Source of the DNA: Felis catus
Lineage: Eukaryota
Length of the DNA stretch: 64,000 nucleotides
Assembly: GCF_018350175.1 (NCBI RefSeq)
Contig: NC_058368.1
Location: forward strand, 148,616,001 to 148,680,000
Direction of reading: 5' to 3'
In this document: in pieces, positions 38,831-52,387 of the stretch
How positions within the stretch are numbered: position 1 is the first letter of the stretch
How the letters are laid out: each line of letters opens with the position of its first letter
Translations under genes and position numbers: made by a program
Notes under the pieces: generated by a model
The model's input: the letters and a program-made list of their open reading frames with translations, nothing else
What the model was told of the DNA's origin: nothing
Databases searched by the model: none

Positions 38831-40699
38831 ATCTAATAAACTTTCAGAAGTAAGATGGCAAAAGTCATGGCTTCAGTCAAGTCCCAAAGAAATATTATTA
38901 ATCAAAATTGAGTGTGTCATTATATTTACAGCATTTTTTTCCTGTTCCTGTGAGGAATCATGAGTATAGTAAGTTTTCATCTTGAGAAATAAAGAAGTAC
39001 TCAGTGTTCACTGTTTCAAATTGTATATTTTTAACCATAACCCATTAACATTTTTGCTGCTAAACCATGGGAACTGATTTTACCCAAGGTCAGTATAATA
39101 ATGGAAGCTGATGTTCATATCTCATAACTCAGTTTGCCTTAGTAAGGTTATGGTAATTCAGTTTCGTATTTATGACTTCTTTTAAATTCCCTCACATAGA
39201 AGAAATCCTGGATCTTTCTGGATCTGCATTAGGCAATACTTTTTCAGTTGAAAAGTAGTACAAAAGCATTATTGCACTGTAAAGCAGAATCTCAGGTCAG
39301 ATGTAAGTTTTAAAAGATAGCCTTACAGAAGTACACTAAGGATAACAGTTTTTGCTATTTGCCGTAGTACCGCTAAGAGGCATATCATAAATTCTTGACT
39401 TCTGCCAAATACAGATAATTTTCCTGCAACCGCTCTGAAGAAATATGCCAAGGCCGGGGGCATTACAGTACAAGGAAAAAAATTAACATTATAATAATGA
39501 ATAGTCTGCCCAATATTTTGCTGATACTTGAGTAAAATATGGGCAGCCATTTTGGTTAGCTGAATTGCTAAATCAAGTCCAATTTTCCTTATTTATTGCA
39601 TAAAGCAACATGGCAATGGCAGAAGAGTATAAATCTTGGCATGCTCTTCTGGGCATCTGACACTCTAAATGATCATTGAAAAGAAATTAAAATAAGAATC
39701 TTGAATGGAGTTGCATTCTCATATATAGGAAACTAAGAGAGATGATTGCAAAACTAAATATAAATTATTTTACTGATTAAAATGATATCAAATAGATGAG
39801 AGAAGAGAGATATGGGTATTTTTAACCACTTAATAGGGGATTTCTGCATATTATTGAATTCACATTTACGAAGACATTTACTTTGCAGTACAGCACACAT
39901 CAGAGTCACTTTTTTTGACCATTTGAATGGAAAGTTTGTCTTTGATAGGAGAGCCCTCATTAAAACCAATGTTTATCATCCACTGCAATCTGCCATAGAC
40001 AATTCAAGATAAATCTTCTCCCAAATTTTTACCAGAGAACCCTAGGTGAAAATATATATTAGTGACACGTAAATGCTCTAAGATACAAATCTAAATTGGT
40101 TAACCTAGAATCCCATACTGTCCCTTAATAGCAGCATTTTTTTAATAAAATTTTCCCTTTTCAAAAAAAAAATTCTCATAGACAAGTCTTCTTTTCCTAG
40201 TCAGGCCATTTGTAATCCAGTATCTAAAATTTGATTCACATTATTCTTCCCACATAGGATACCTTTCCCATTTATCCACCTGTCTAACCATTATCCGCCA
40301 TTTAATATATTAGAACTCTACTTTATTCATTAACCTTTCCCAAACCTGCTAGGCCACAATGAAAACATAAACAAATTAGCTTATTTGAAAACAAATAAAC
40401 TATTTTTATTTTAAATAAGCCACTAATGCTATATAAGCACTGATGTAGCTTGTGGAGAATAAGACCAAGTCTCAACTTGCTTGACTGAAAGTTAAATCCA
40501 ATTATTTAAAATGGCACCAATATATATTTTAACATGGAAAAACTGAAAATATATGTTAACTATATCTATATGTTGTACAAAATATACGTTTACAAATTTG
40601 GCATAAATTTAGACTAAACCATACTTTTAGAAATCTGGATATAAACTTACTTCATGTAGTAATTTATTTGCCCAACTATTCCATTACATGTGTTCCTGT

Positions 40700-41400
40700 C
40701 AAGAAATACACTAATAACTTCTATCTTACCAAGTCCAATCAATATTTTCCCGTTCTTACCTTGCTTTTCTCTCATGAAGGATTGAGACAGTTGTCAGTTG
40801 ACCCCTCTCTCTTCTCTCAAGCCCTGTTCTCATTTGGTTTCTGTCCCACTGCTGGCCTAATTTTACTCCTACTCAGTAATCACTCCTTTCAGTCTATTTT
40901 GTAATTGTTTTTCTCTTATTCTGAATACTGAATGGTGTCATAATTTCATCCTAAGACCTAGTTTCTTTTTTTTAAATTTTATTTATTGATTTTGAGAGAG
41001 AGAGAGAAAGAGGGAGAGAGAGTGAGCGGGGGAGGGGCAGAGAGAGAGGGAGAGAGAAAGAATCCCAAACAGGCTTCTCACTGTCAGTGTGGAGCTGGAT
41101 GCAGGGCTGGAACCCACGAACCATGAGATCATGCATGACCTGAGCCGAAACCAAGAGTAAGATGTTTAACCTACTGAGCCATTCAGGCATCCGAGACCTG
41201 GTTTCTTATCTCTCTACTTTTGTCCAAAGCATACCTCATTTAATCACATTTTTAACCACAAATGACATGATTACTATCCAATACAAATCTCTAAGCAGAT
41301 GGCTGTTAGACATAATAAACCTAAAAAAATTCAACACAATTCTTCTCATACATTTTTCCCTCATAATCTTTCTAATTCAGGTAAAAACACAAACCTATAA
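40700..41400 (+). mobile_element. L2 remnant (RT region), interrupted by a SINE
   Basis: ccaagtccaat...gacagttg...ctctcttctc...ttggtttctg...cactcctttcagtct follows the pyrimidine-rich L2 sense strand. Confidence 0.6.
40965..41192 (-). mobile_element. Can-SINE
   Basis: TSD agacctagtttctt/agacctggtttctt; (GA)n; tgacctgagccgaaaccaagag. Confidence 0.93.
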
Positions 41401-41459
41401 TTTGCTCTCTTTAGATAAACAGAATGCAAAAGAAACAAAAATACGAACTGTGTTAAATG

Positions 41460-41562
41460 ATTTCAAACTTCCGGCTTCCAGAACTGTAAGAGAATACATT
41501 TTTGTTGTTTTAAACAATCAAGATGACAGTAATTCATTAAAGCAGCAATAGGAAATCAATAC
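41460..41562 (+). mobile_element. MaLR LTR 3' end fragment (MLT1)
   Basis: cttccggcttccagaactgtaagagaatacatttttgttgttttaa...gcagcaataggaaatcaataca. Confidence 0.75.
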
Positions 41563-42049
41563 AGGGATTTTAAAGAAAAACATCTCAAAACAGCAAAGAC
41601 AATATCATCATAATATATTCTGCCTCTATGATCCATCCACTGTTTATTCATTAACATGAATGTTCATCCAGTACCCACCAGACAATTGAAAAAATATCAA
41701 ATAGATGCTTCAAAAAGAACAAACTGGCTGTCAGACTGGAGAAAACAGAGTTAATGCAGAAAACGGATAATGAAAAAAAGTACATATAAAATGGTCTATT
41801 GTATTCATTAAAGAAATATGAGAATCTACTTAATTAATAAAATAAGAATAATCTGTATTATTCCCCTAAAAAACAACAGTGGAAAAAAAGTAGAGTAGAA
41901 AAACTAAAAATTATATAAAGGCTTATGAAATAAAAGTAAAAAATCTCAGCATAAGTACTAATTGTTAGAATAAGTACAAAGACTAGTGAACAATATTGAT
42001 GAAAAATTAAGGAAACTTTGTAGAGTGGATGATATTAAACCATAGTAAA

Positions 42050-42240
42050 CACTGGCATCAAATTGTCAGGATACAAAAATGGCTCTAACACCAACCCCCT
42101 GAGTGACTTTGGACTAGTTGTTAAACCTGTATAATTTACATTTCTTCATATGTAGAATGGGGATACTAGTGGTAACGCATTCAATAGGTATTTTGAGGAT
42201 TTAAAAGGCTACTGAATAAAGAGCAATTAGTACAACACTT
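42050..42240 (+). mobile_element. MIR relic
   Basis: gagtgactttggactagttg...tttcttcatatgtagaatggggatac. Confidence 0.6.
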
Positions 42241-42687
42241 TCAAATTACTATAAAAGAAATAACAGAAGTTGTGAAATGTGATAGCCTGTTGCTTGCTAC
42301 ACAGGCAATTGAGCCCTTTATATATCCTACCCATTGCAAAGAACTTGCAGAGAAGGTCACTGTTCTGGGATAAAATAATATAAACAGATCTACTACTGAT
42401 AGGGTTTAGTAACCAGACTCATATTAATATAAGTGAAGTACATTCCTAAACCTGAAGGAATAGCCAGCCATCACCAGAGGTAATGACTTTTGAGGTAAAT
42501 CAGCAACAGATAACAGAAAAGATCAAGATAAGTTCAACTAACATTCCAACTGGCTCATAAAGAAGGAAAAATAATATAGGAAAAGAAAGCCAAAAATTTC
42601 CAATAAGATTTTCTGAGATTCGAAGCTATGTTGCACTAATTACAACATAAAACAATGTAGTAAAAAATACCAAACTGAAAAAAAGGC

Positions 42688-42900
42688 GGGGGCACTGGGG
42701 TAACTCAGTTAAGCATGCATTGCACTTTTGATTTTGTGGGTTCAAGCACCCCATCCCCACCCCAGTCAGGCTATGTGCTGATAATGAGGAGCCTGCTTGG
42801 GATTCTCAAACTCTCCTTCTGTCTTCCCCTCTCCCATTTGCACTCTCTCACTTCTCTCTTTTTTTCCCCTCAAAATAAATAAATAGACTTTAAAAACATA
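42688..42900 (+). mobile_element. Degenerate Can-SINE
   Basis: ggggcactggggtaactcagttaagc...gagcctgcttgggattctc...aaaataaataaata. Confidence 0.8.
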
Positions 42901-43517
42901 AAATAAGATCTTAAAAATAAGGAATATTAAGTATTGCCTAAATTCGCAGACCATAAGGAAAAAAGCTGAGAAATTTTAAGCATGTAGAAATGGAAAGAGA
43001 CAAAATTCCTCACTTATAAATAATTTCTAACAGATAAAAAAATCATATAAAAAGAGTTTTTAAAAAGAACAGATAAAACATAGGCAGAAAAAATAAGAAT
43101 AAAAACATTATTTTTAAAACTCCAAGAAGCTCAACAACTATGAATTGCCTACATAAAAGTGATACAGTTTTGTTAAAAGATAATAATGTAAAGGTTCAAG
43201 TTTTAAATGTAACATTCTATATGAAGACAAAGAATCTGGCAATGTCATATAAGCATTTCCATGTTGCAGGACTTAGAGAGTAGAATATACAACACCATCT
43301 TCCTTACCTGCATACACAGCAAAAATACAGCAGCCTATACTACAAAGTTGATATACTGGAAAAATAGGATTAAGAGTATTTTAAAATTATAAAAGTAACA
43401 AATGAAAGAGTTAAAAATATTCCCAAAAAATGTGGCAAGTGGTTGGCAATAGAGTAAAAACAGTGAATAAACTAAATTTTTCATTTTTGTGGTCGGTAAT
43501 CAAAAGATTTGCTTTAT

Positions 43518-43708
43518 TATTTTTTCAGTGTTTATTTATTTTTGAGAGAGAGGGACAGCATGAGTGGCAGAGGAGGAGAGAAAGAGAATCCGAAGCAGGC
43601 TCTACACTGACAGCAGAGACCCTGATGTGGGGCTCGAACTCACAAACCATGAGATCATGACCTGAGGCAAAGTCAGACACTTAACGTACTGAGCCACCCA
43701 GGTGCCCC
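43518..43708 (-). mobile_element. Can-SINE
   Basis: gagaatccgaagcaggctc...gggctcgaactcacaaaccatgagatcatgacc...caggtgcccc. Confidence 0.92.
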
Positions 43709-44109
43709 AACAATAGATTCAGTTTAAAATTGATATATCAAGGGAGAAGTTATAAGCAGAGTGTTTATAATACTCAAACCTAGCATATTTTCAAGGCTTA
43801 ATCAATGAGGTTTTTCTGAGTTCGATGTGACTGTCTCTTCTAGGAATCTTTTTATTCTTCCTCTAAACTTTTATCATTTCTTCCATAACAAAGATGTCTA
43901 CTTCTTTCTCAAAGTATTTATCCAAAGGGTTTGTTTGGTTTTTATTGTTTGTTTGTTTGTTTGTTTGTTTGTTTGGAAAATATAGTTTCTAATAGGATAG
44001 ATAGCTTCTTTTCACCAAATTATAATGACATACACATCCATTAACACAAAAACACAAAATGGACATTTATGGATCCTTAAAATAATTTCCTCAATTCCAG
44101 AGGAGTTCT

Positions 44110-44800
44110 TTCATAAGTCCTAATCAAAAACCATTGAGTGCCTGGCACTCTTCTAAGCACTGGAAGTGGAAAAAAGACAGCCATGAGTTCTGTTCTTGTG
44201 ATATGTACATTCAAAGGGGAAAGACAGAAAATAAAGAAGTTCACAGTGAAAAGTACATACATGTTCTGAAGATTATAACATGGAGTTTTAAGAGTTATTA
44301 GTAAGAGAGATTGGAGATTGGGGTCTCCATTAAGTAATTAGGTTCTCTCTGAGTTGATAACAGTACAATCAAAATCTTAGTGGTAAGAGAGTCAGTCCAT
44401 TCAAAGAGGTGCTAGAGGAGGATTCAATATAGAGAAGAGTAGATGCAAAAGCCATGAGACAATATAGGGTCTTGATAGTAAAAGAAAAGAAGGTGAGCTA
44501 AGTAGAGTTTAGTGACTGCAAGTACGGTAGTTTGCAGTTAAGTTATACAAACAGGGCCCAGCAAATAGTTAGACTTAGAAGGCGATGATGAAATTGTACT
44601 TGATGAAACAAGCTGCTTTCGGTTTGCAAAAGAGCACTTGCACCACACCATGAAAAGTGCACCGTAAGGTGTAAGGATAGAAGCCAGGCAGCTAGAGGAT
44701 GATATATGGGCTGAGAGCTGAAGGTGCTTTGAACTAAAGTGACATTAGTGGCATTAGTAAGAAACAATCAGCGATAAAACTGGAGAAAAACTAACAAGGA
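44110..44800 (-). mobile_element. L2 remnant, 3' region
   Basis: cattgagtgcctggcactcttctaagcactgg...gatgcaaaagccatgag...agggccagca. Confidence 0.55.
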
Positions 44801-46404
44801 ATGGCTTTTACTATTGCTAACGAATTATTGTCATATCCTTATACCAATAACCACAACAGTATTATTTTGAATACATGCACAGGACAGAAAACACTGTAAA
44901 TCAAGGCGCTTATCTTGAGTCAACTTATGATGGGTGGTGTCAGTGTGTTGTATATGGTGACTTACTTATAATAAATGTAAAATTAAATTATCAAAAGTAA
45001 AAACTTTTTTGGCCCTGAAGATTTTCTACAAAAAAATGTGCATTTGCTTTATCCTTTCTCTAGTATATTATTTTTTCTGAAAATAGAAACCCCTTGAATT
45101 AAAAAAATAAAAACAATATCAATCATAGCAGATACTTATAAAAATATTTCAAGAAATTTCCTCAATTATCAAGTGTATAAGTACCCTAAAAATCCCTATC
45201 CATTTATTTTGACGTATGTCATATTCAGTAATCAGATAGAAAAAACTAATATTGTTTTTACCCACAAGCAGGCATCACCTTATGAAAAGATCATTTTCTA
45301 ATTTTAGGATGAGATGATCATTAAAGACACAGAACACATTGTTGATTTCCTATGATACAACCCAGTTAGCATGTCAAAGTTTTGTTTTGTTTGTTTGGAT
45401 TTGGGTTTTGCTCCACTGTTTTGTTGATGTTAATTCATAAACGTATTTTACACGCAGCACTAAGAGAGCTCCTATAACTGATCTAGAATAACTTGTAACT
45501 CCCTGTGAACTTGATAAGGGCAGTTGTGTTGGAGAGTACCTGTCACAGTGAATCACTCAACTGGGTTTGTTAAAAGGAAATAAATTGAACTATACATAGC
45601 CATTGTTCATGACTCTGTCACTACTGGTAAATATATCCCAAGTTCTAACTAATACTTAAGGACAAAGCCACCTGTCAGTCTCTGCCTTCTTGGTTTTACT
45701 CAGCTAAAGACACTTATGGTTGTCAATGCTATACAACTCTTTAATCAAATTAGACTAAATCTGACAGTGTGCTAAAAACCTTAGATCACAGGTAGAATCT
45801 ATGTCCATTCTTCATGTTATTCCCCTATTTAGTTTCCCTAAAGCATCTCCTGAGAATCTGTGCTATCTTTAAGGGACAGATTTTTCCATCATTTTTTTTA
45901 CAGCTGGCTTAGTTTATATCATAAATTATCAGTTTCAAAATGCCTTAACAATATCCAATATATCACTCTACCTTGAATATCCTGAGAATTAAACTATGCC
46001 CTGGGTTCCGTTTTACTTAATGTTGTTCCATATCTCCATAGTTCTGACCATTTATAGTTCCATACCAGATAGAGAACCACAACATCTAATTCTGAGCTTC
46101 GCCACTCTCTCTGACATATATGAATATTGGTGTTGATCCGTGTTGATCCTTACCACACATCTTTGGATATTGGGAATTGAACAATCAATAGACCACACTC
46201 CTTGTAGTTCCACTGTTCCTAAATTCTTGATCTTCCACAAAGTCATAATATGTATAAAATGTCTGTCCTTAGATATATGATATTACATAAATTGATGACA
46301 GTGATTCCAGAGGAAGTATATGTTCTGGGTCCCAGTGACATAGAATTTGATATCAGTATGAATGAAATTACTGCTCAATAGTATAGTGAAGGTACTAAAT
46401 CATT

Positions 46405-46590
46405 AGGTAAACATTTGTCAAATTTTAATGTGCATAAAATTCAAATGGGGTGCTAATTTAAATGTATTAATAGAACCCCCTCTAAAGATAATGATACATT
46501 AGAATTATTCAGTCCAAGAGTCTGCATTTTATAGCACTGCAAAAGATTCTGATACAGGTGACCATGTACCATGGGTAAAGATACACTACT
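46405..46590. mobile_element. MER5A-like hAT MITE relic
   Basis: tcaaattttaatgtgcataaaattca...agtctgcatttt...gattctgatacaggtg. Confidence 0.55.
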
Positions 46591-47000
46591 CAATTTAAAG
46601 TTGTTACTTGGGGAACACATTTGTTACTACCACTTGGGAATTTGAGACATGAATTGAGATTACTCCAGTGCCTTCCCTCAAGTAAATTTCTTCAAGTTCT
46701 AAATGTATTTCTTATCTAGTATCATCTTTCTGCTGAACCATTCTTAAGCTATAAGAGTATGGCTACAATTTAAGAATAATACTTTAGGAAATTTTTTTCC
46801 GGTCCATAAATATTCCAATATGTCTAGAATGTAAAGTATCTTGAAAGTTTATGATAAACTATGATAACTTAAAAGAAATTGAGCAAACTTGTAATTTGAG
46901 CCAACATGCTCTTATCTGAATAACTGATAAGTTAACAGGCATACTCGATAATTTCTTTCTTAAATGTAATTCATAGTTTCTTAAGAGGAGAAAACTTTCC

Positions 47001-47279
47001 TTGAGAAACAAAATGAATAAGTATAGGGGAAAAAAAGAGAGAGGCAAACCAAGAAACAGACTCTTACTATAGAGAACAAATTGACAGTTACAGAGTGGAG
47101 GTGGTGGTGAGGTAAGGATGATTGAAACCGGTGACGTGAATTAAGGAGTGCACTTCTTGTGATGAGCACCAGGTGTTGAATGGAAGTGACAAATCACTAA
47201 ACTGTATACCTGAAAATAATATTACGCTGTATGTTAACTAACTGGAAATTAAATAAAAATAAGAAACTAAAAAAAAAAA
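47001..47279 (+). mobile_element. 5'-truncated carnivore L1 3'UTR
   Basis: ggcaaaccaagaaacagactcttactatagagaacaaa...ctgtatgttaactaactggaaattaaataaaaa plus poly(A). Confidence 0.9.
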
Positions 47280-47429
47280 GAGGAAACAATGCCATTCTTC
47301 CAAACTAATTTATACTATTAGTATAATGAATTATCACTGTCATACGGGGTATCACTAGAAAGGGGAATCATTATTTAATCATACAAATAAGAAACTACTT
47401 GTGTAAGTAAAAGAGGAATGAAAAAAACC

Positions 47430-47470
47430 CAGCAGCAGCAGCAACAACAACAACAACAACAACAACAACA
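47430..47470. repeat. Compound (CAG)n(CAA)n microsatellite
   Basis: Seen directly; no ORF or splice context. Confidence 0.92.
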
Positions 47471-47679
47471 AAATCCCATTTTTTGGTTTTTGGTTTTGTT
47501 TTCTACGTAAATTGTTTAATTACGCCATATCTGTAAAAACATTTTTTTCAATATTGCTGTCAATGGGATCATGATATCATAATTTGGACAGAAAGCGGTA
47601 TTTTAAAATTTCAAAATAACTTACAGAAACATGCATCCAAAGTTGTCACTGATATTTTGGTTGTCATTTACATTTAAAA

Positions 47680-47889
47680 ATTTGTTTAATGTTTATTTAC
47701 TTTTGAGAGAGAGAAACAGAGTGTGAGCAGACAAGGGGCAGAGAGAGGGAGACAAAGAATCTGCACCAGGCTTCAGCTTCCTAGCTGTCAGCATAGAACC
47801 TGACGCGGGGCTCGAACTCAAAAACTGATCATGAGGTGAGCAGAAGTCAGACGCTTAATCGCTTAATCGCTGAGCCACCCAGGCACCCC
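47680..47889 (-). mobile_element. Can-SINE
   Basis: TSD ttgtcattta(c/t)atttaa; gacgcggggctcgaactc; ends caggcacccc. Confidence 0.92.
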
Positions 47890-48728
47890 ATTTGTCATTT
47901 ATATTTAATGATAGTTCCTTGCATTTTCATTTTATGTCAATACACTTCTGCTAAGAATTTCATAAAACACCATGTCATAATTTAGTTATACAGACTAAGT
48001 AAGACTCAGAGCGGTAACAGAAGATTTCCACTTATAAGATCTGCTTGCTTCTAATTGTTTTGGATTAGAAGAACCTGTTATATTGTAATAGATGGCACTG
48101 GATGTCAGAAGAATACAGTAAAAAAAATGCATGATGTGTTTTGCAAGCATTAGTGAAAAATAATTCAACTTAGATATTGTTATAAAAACAATAATTTTTG
48201 GTTAATTATTAAAAAACAGTTAATTTTTAAAAATACATAACTAGAAATTAACGACACAGAAAATAGCTTTGACGTTGTGTGATTATCCCTTGGAATTTCA
48301 AGTCAATACATCTTTAGTACTTGATTTAGTGTATTTATGCTTTACCAAGAGACCCACTAACCAACGCTAAAAGTTATGAACCAGATGTCAGCTTCTTGGC
48401 AATGGATATCTTCTGTGCCTCATGAGACATACTCTGCAATATGGCACTACATGGATGCCAATACAATGTTACCAACATGAGATCAATTTTTATAGAATTT
48501 TTACTTTAAAATATAATACAAATATTTTTAATGAAATTAAATCCCATTGTAATCCATTGAAAAAACTTGTGACAGAAGAGAACTTCATTCTTTCTGCAGT
48601 ACATTAAGAATACTGGGAATGCTGCAAAATTCATCCAAAATCAAGTAGCAGAATATCCATTTGAAAAGTATATGGTTTTATTATCATACTTTTAACTGTG
48701 TAAAATCTTCTACAGAAAGCCCAAACCA

Positions 48729-48933
48729 GAGGCACCTAGGTGGCTCAGATGGTTAAGCATCTGACTTGATTTTGGGTCAGGTCATGATCTCATGGTTCCT
48801 GAGTTCAAGCCCCACATCAGGTTCTTTGCTGATGGCACGAAGCCTGCTTGGGATTCTCTCTCTCCCTCCCTCCCTGCCCCTCCCCCACTCACTTTCTCTT
48901 TTTCAAAATAAATAAATAAACTTCAAAAAAAAA
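48729..48933 (+). mobile_element. Can-SINE
   Basis: gaggcacctaggtggctcag head; degenerate TSD aaagcccaaacca/aaagccaaaaacca. Confidence 0.92.
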
Positions 48934-49232
48934 AGCCAAAAACCAATATTAAAAGCAAAACACTGCTAAGCATGTAAAGTGTTTCTGAGTTTCATGACAA
49001 ATAACAAGGCTAAGCCAAGGATTTTTAAATATTAAGACTTTTTTCTTCCTAAAGTTCAGAGAGATAAACTGCCTCAATGATGATTCACTACATGTACTAT
49101 CTAGGAAATATGAGTGTCCATAAAGGAAAAAGATAAAGGAACTATGAATAAGCAACCATGAACATATCTGAGCTTTTAGTTTCAAACAATAGACACCTAT
49201 TCTGGCTAATTCAAGTATGAGTCAAAGTGCAT

Positions 49233-49235
<3 letters not shown>

Positions 49236-49277
<42 letters not shown>
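49236..49277. repeat. (CA)21 microsatellite
   Basis: Seen directly. Confidence 0.97.
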
Positions 49278-49279
<2 letters not shown>

Positions 49280-50014
49280 ATGCTCTCCCCCAGATTTAAT
49301 GGTACTATTTTTCTGAAGAATTTAAGAGACTCATAGACATGAATGGAGAAAGGATCAAATTTTTATGAAATTCGTGAATGGTGCAATTTTAAAAGCAAAG
49401 AAGGAAATAACAAAACCACTAAAGTTTATCAGAAACATTCCCACCGAGATATTTTTCTCCACATTATAGAACATCATCACTAATTGACCCTGCTTCCAAT
49501 GACCATAATTGATTTCTAAAATCCATTTTTTTACCTTCATTTCACTAGTTCCAAGTTTAGTCTTTAAGGAAAAGCCACCTAATTGGCTGAACGTGAGTCA
49601 TGTGTACAAGCCCGTAAAATGAAGATTTGGATGAGGAAGGTTCTCCCCACTTCAACATCCGTGGTAGCAGGCACTGTAATACGTCTCACCAAACACAGAA
49701 AGAATGGAGAAGTCTCCTTAGTACCATTGGTAGTATTTATGGATCACCCAGGAAAACATCAAAATGCTTATATTCATTATAGTGTGAACTAGTTATGAAA
49801 ATATAAGTTAGGGAGAGACAAAAATAAATGATTTTTTAAAAACTTAAGTGATATTCATATAAAATAAAAATTAATATTTTTTTAATTGTGGTAAGCACAT
49901 TTAACATGAGCTCTACCTTCAACAAGATTTTAATTGTACAAAATGTTATTCTTAATTATAGGTACAATAATGTACACCAGATCTCCAGAAAGTATTACTA
50001 TTTTAACCATTTAA

Positions 50015-50217
50015 ATTTTTTTAATGTTTGTTTTTGAAAGAGAGAGAGAGTGCAAGCAGGGGAGGGGCAGACAGAGAGGGAGACACAGAATCTGAGGCAG
50101 GTTCCAGGTTCTGAACTGTCAGCTGTCAGCCTGAGGTGCGGCTCGAACTCACGGACCATGAGATTATGACCTGAGCTGAAATCAGAGGCTTAACCGACTG
50201 AGCCATCCAGGTACCCC
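50015..50217 (-). mobile_element. Can-SINE nested in old L1
   Basis: TSD attttaaccattt on both sides; typical core. Confidence 0.92.
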
Positions 50218-50867
50218 TCATTTTAACCATTTTAAAGTGTGCTTTTCTATGGCATTTAGAGCATTCACAGTGTTGTGCAATGACCATCACTGTCTAGGCT
50301 CAAAAATTTTTATCACTCCAAAATGAAACTCTGTACTCATTAACTATTCACATTCCATTCTTGAACTCTAGGCCTTGATAACCACTGATTTGCTTTATAT
50401 ATCTATGCATTTACCTATCCTAAAAAATTCATATAAATGGAATCATTCAATATGTAATCCTTTGTGTCTGATTTCTTCATTTAACATGTTTTTAAGGATT
50501 ATGTATGCTATAACACGTGTTTGTATGCATCCCTTTTATGGTTGAACAATATTCCATTGTATGCATATACTACAATTTGTTTACACATTTATCCCTCAAT
50601 GGATATTTGAGTTATTTCCATATTTTGGCCATTGTAAATATTGCTGTTATAAACAGTCATAGAGAAGTATCTGATTACTTGTTTTCCATTCCTTTGAGGA
50701 TATACCTAGGAGTAGAACTGCTAGATCACATAGTAATTCTGTGTTTAACTTTTTAAGGCACTACCACATTGTTTTACACACTGATGAACCATTTGACATC
50801 CCTACTGTTAATGTAGGAAGGGTTCTCCACATCTTCACAAAGTTTTCATTTCATATGTATATATTTT

Positions 50868-51480
50868 ATTTTTTTATTATTTTTAATACGAAATTTATTG
50901 TCAACTTGGTTTCCATACAACACCCAGTGCTCATCCCAACAGGTGCCCTCCTCAATACCCCTCACCCACCCTCACCTCCCTCCCACCCCCCATCAACCCT
51001 CGGTTTGTTCTCAGTTTTTGAGAGTCTCTTATGGTTTGCCTCCCTCCCTCTCTAACTTTTTTTTTTCCTTCCACTCCCCCATGGTCTTCTGTTAAGTTTC
51101 TCAGGATCCACATAAGAGTGAAAACATATGGTATCTGTCTTTCTCTGTATGACTTATTGCACTTAGCATAACACTCTCCAGCTCCATCCACATTGTCACA
51201 AAAGGCCATATTTCACTCGTTCTCATTGTCACGTAGTATTCCATTGTATATATAAACCACAACCTCTTTATCCGTTCATCAGTTGATGGACATTTAGGCT
51301 CTTTCCATAATTTGGCTATTGTTGAAAGTGCTGCTGTAAACATTGGGGTACAAGTGTCCCTATGCATAAGCACTCCTGTATCCCTTGGGTAAATTCCTAG
51401 CAGTGCTATTGCTGGGTCATAGGGTAGATCTATTTTTAATTTTTTGAGGAACCTCCACACTGTTTTACAGAGTGGCTTGC
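50868..51480 (-). mobile_element. Young cat-type L1, 5'-truncated (ORF2 C-terminus plus 3'UTR), nested in old L1
   Basis: ORF 51101..51592 contains [27 protein letters not shown]...; TSD tcatatgt(a/g)tatatttt. Confidence 0.93.
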
Positions 51481-52387
51481 CATCATATGTGTATATTTTA
51501 TTATCTTGATCATAGTTGGGTATGAAAGAGTAGATCATTATGGTTTTAATTTTCATTCCCTGATGACCACTGATAATAAGTATTTTGTTCATGTGCTTGT
51601 TGAAAATTGTATGTCTTCTTTGAAGAAAAGTCTACTCATGTACTTTTCCCACTTTTTAAATTGAATTGTCCTTTTATTTTTCAGTTGTAAGAATTCTTCA
51701 TATTTTAGGTGGTAGATCCTTATCAGATATATAGTTTGCATATTGTCTCCTATTCTATAAATTCTCTTTTATAGAATATAATTTATAGACTTTCTTGATA
51801 ATGTCCTTTGATACACAAAACTTTGATGAAATTTATCTAGTTTTTTTTTCTTTTGCAGGTTGTACTTTTATTGTCATATCCAAGAAATCATTGTGAAATC
51901 AAAAGTCATGAACTTCTCCCCTATGAATTCTTCTTAGACTTTTATAATTTTAGGACATATATTTCAGTCTTTGATCCGTTTTGAGTTAATTTTTGTATTT
52001 GGGGTAAGAGAAGTCTCCAACTTCATTTTTTTGTACGTGAAAATACAGTTTTCCTATCACCACTTGCTTCAGAGATCATTATTTCCCCCACTGAATGATC
52101 TTCGTATCCTTTCTAAATCAATTATTCATTGAGATGTGGGCTTATTTCTGGAATCTCAATTCTAATGGTCTGTATGTCCAACCTTATGTCAATAAACATT
52201 ATTTTGATTACTGTGGCTTTGTACAAAGAATTTAAATGAGGAAGTTGAGTTCTCCAATTTTGTTCTTCATTTTCAATATCATTTTGGCTATTGTGGCCCC
52301 TGAAATTTATGTTAATTTAGGTATCAGTTTCTCCATTTCTGAATTTAAGACATTAGAGTTTTCACAGTGATTATATTCAGTTTATTC

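Larger units (their letters stand above)
49835..52340 (-). mobile_element. Old L1 (L1MB-like) 3'UTR and ORF2, with nested insertions
   Basis: cattcacagtgttgtgcaa, catataaatggaatcat, tacctaggagtagaactgct, ttgtcatatccaagaaatcattg, ttttgattactgtggcttt. Confidence 0.85.

Noticed and set aside
41162..41551. 129-aa ORF
   Set aside because: Runs across SINE, L2 and MLT1 fragments with no recognisable domain.
46180..46340. Faint resemblance to an ERVL RT motif (IDD-like)
   Set aside because: Too degenerate to support without a profile search.
47430..47470. CAG/CAA run as a polyglutamine exon
   Set aside because: No surrounding ORF or splice sites.
51101..51592. 163-aa ORF as a novel gene
   Set aside because: Chance fusion of old-L1 sequence to a nested young L1 ORF2 end.
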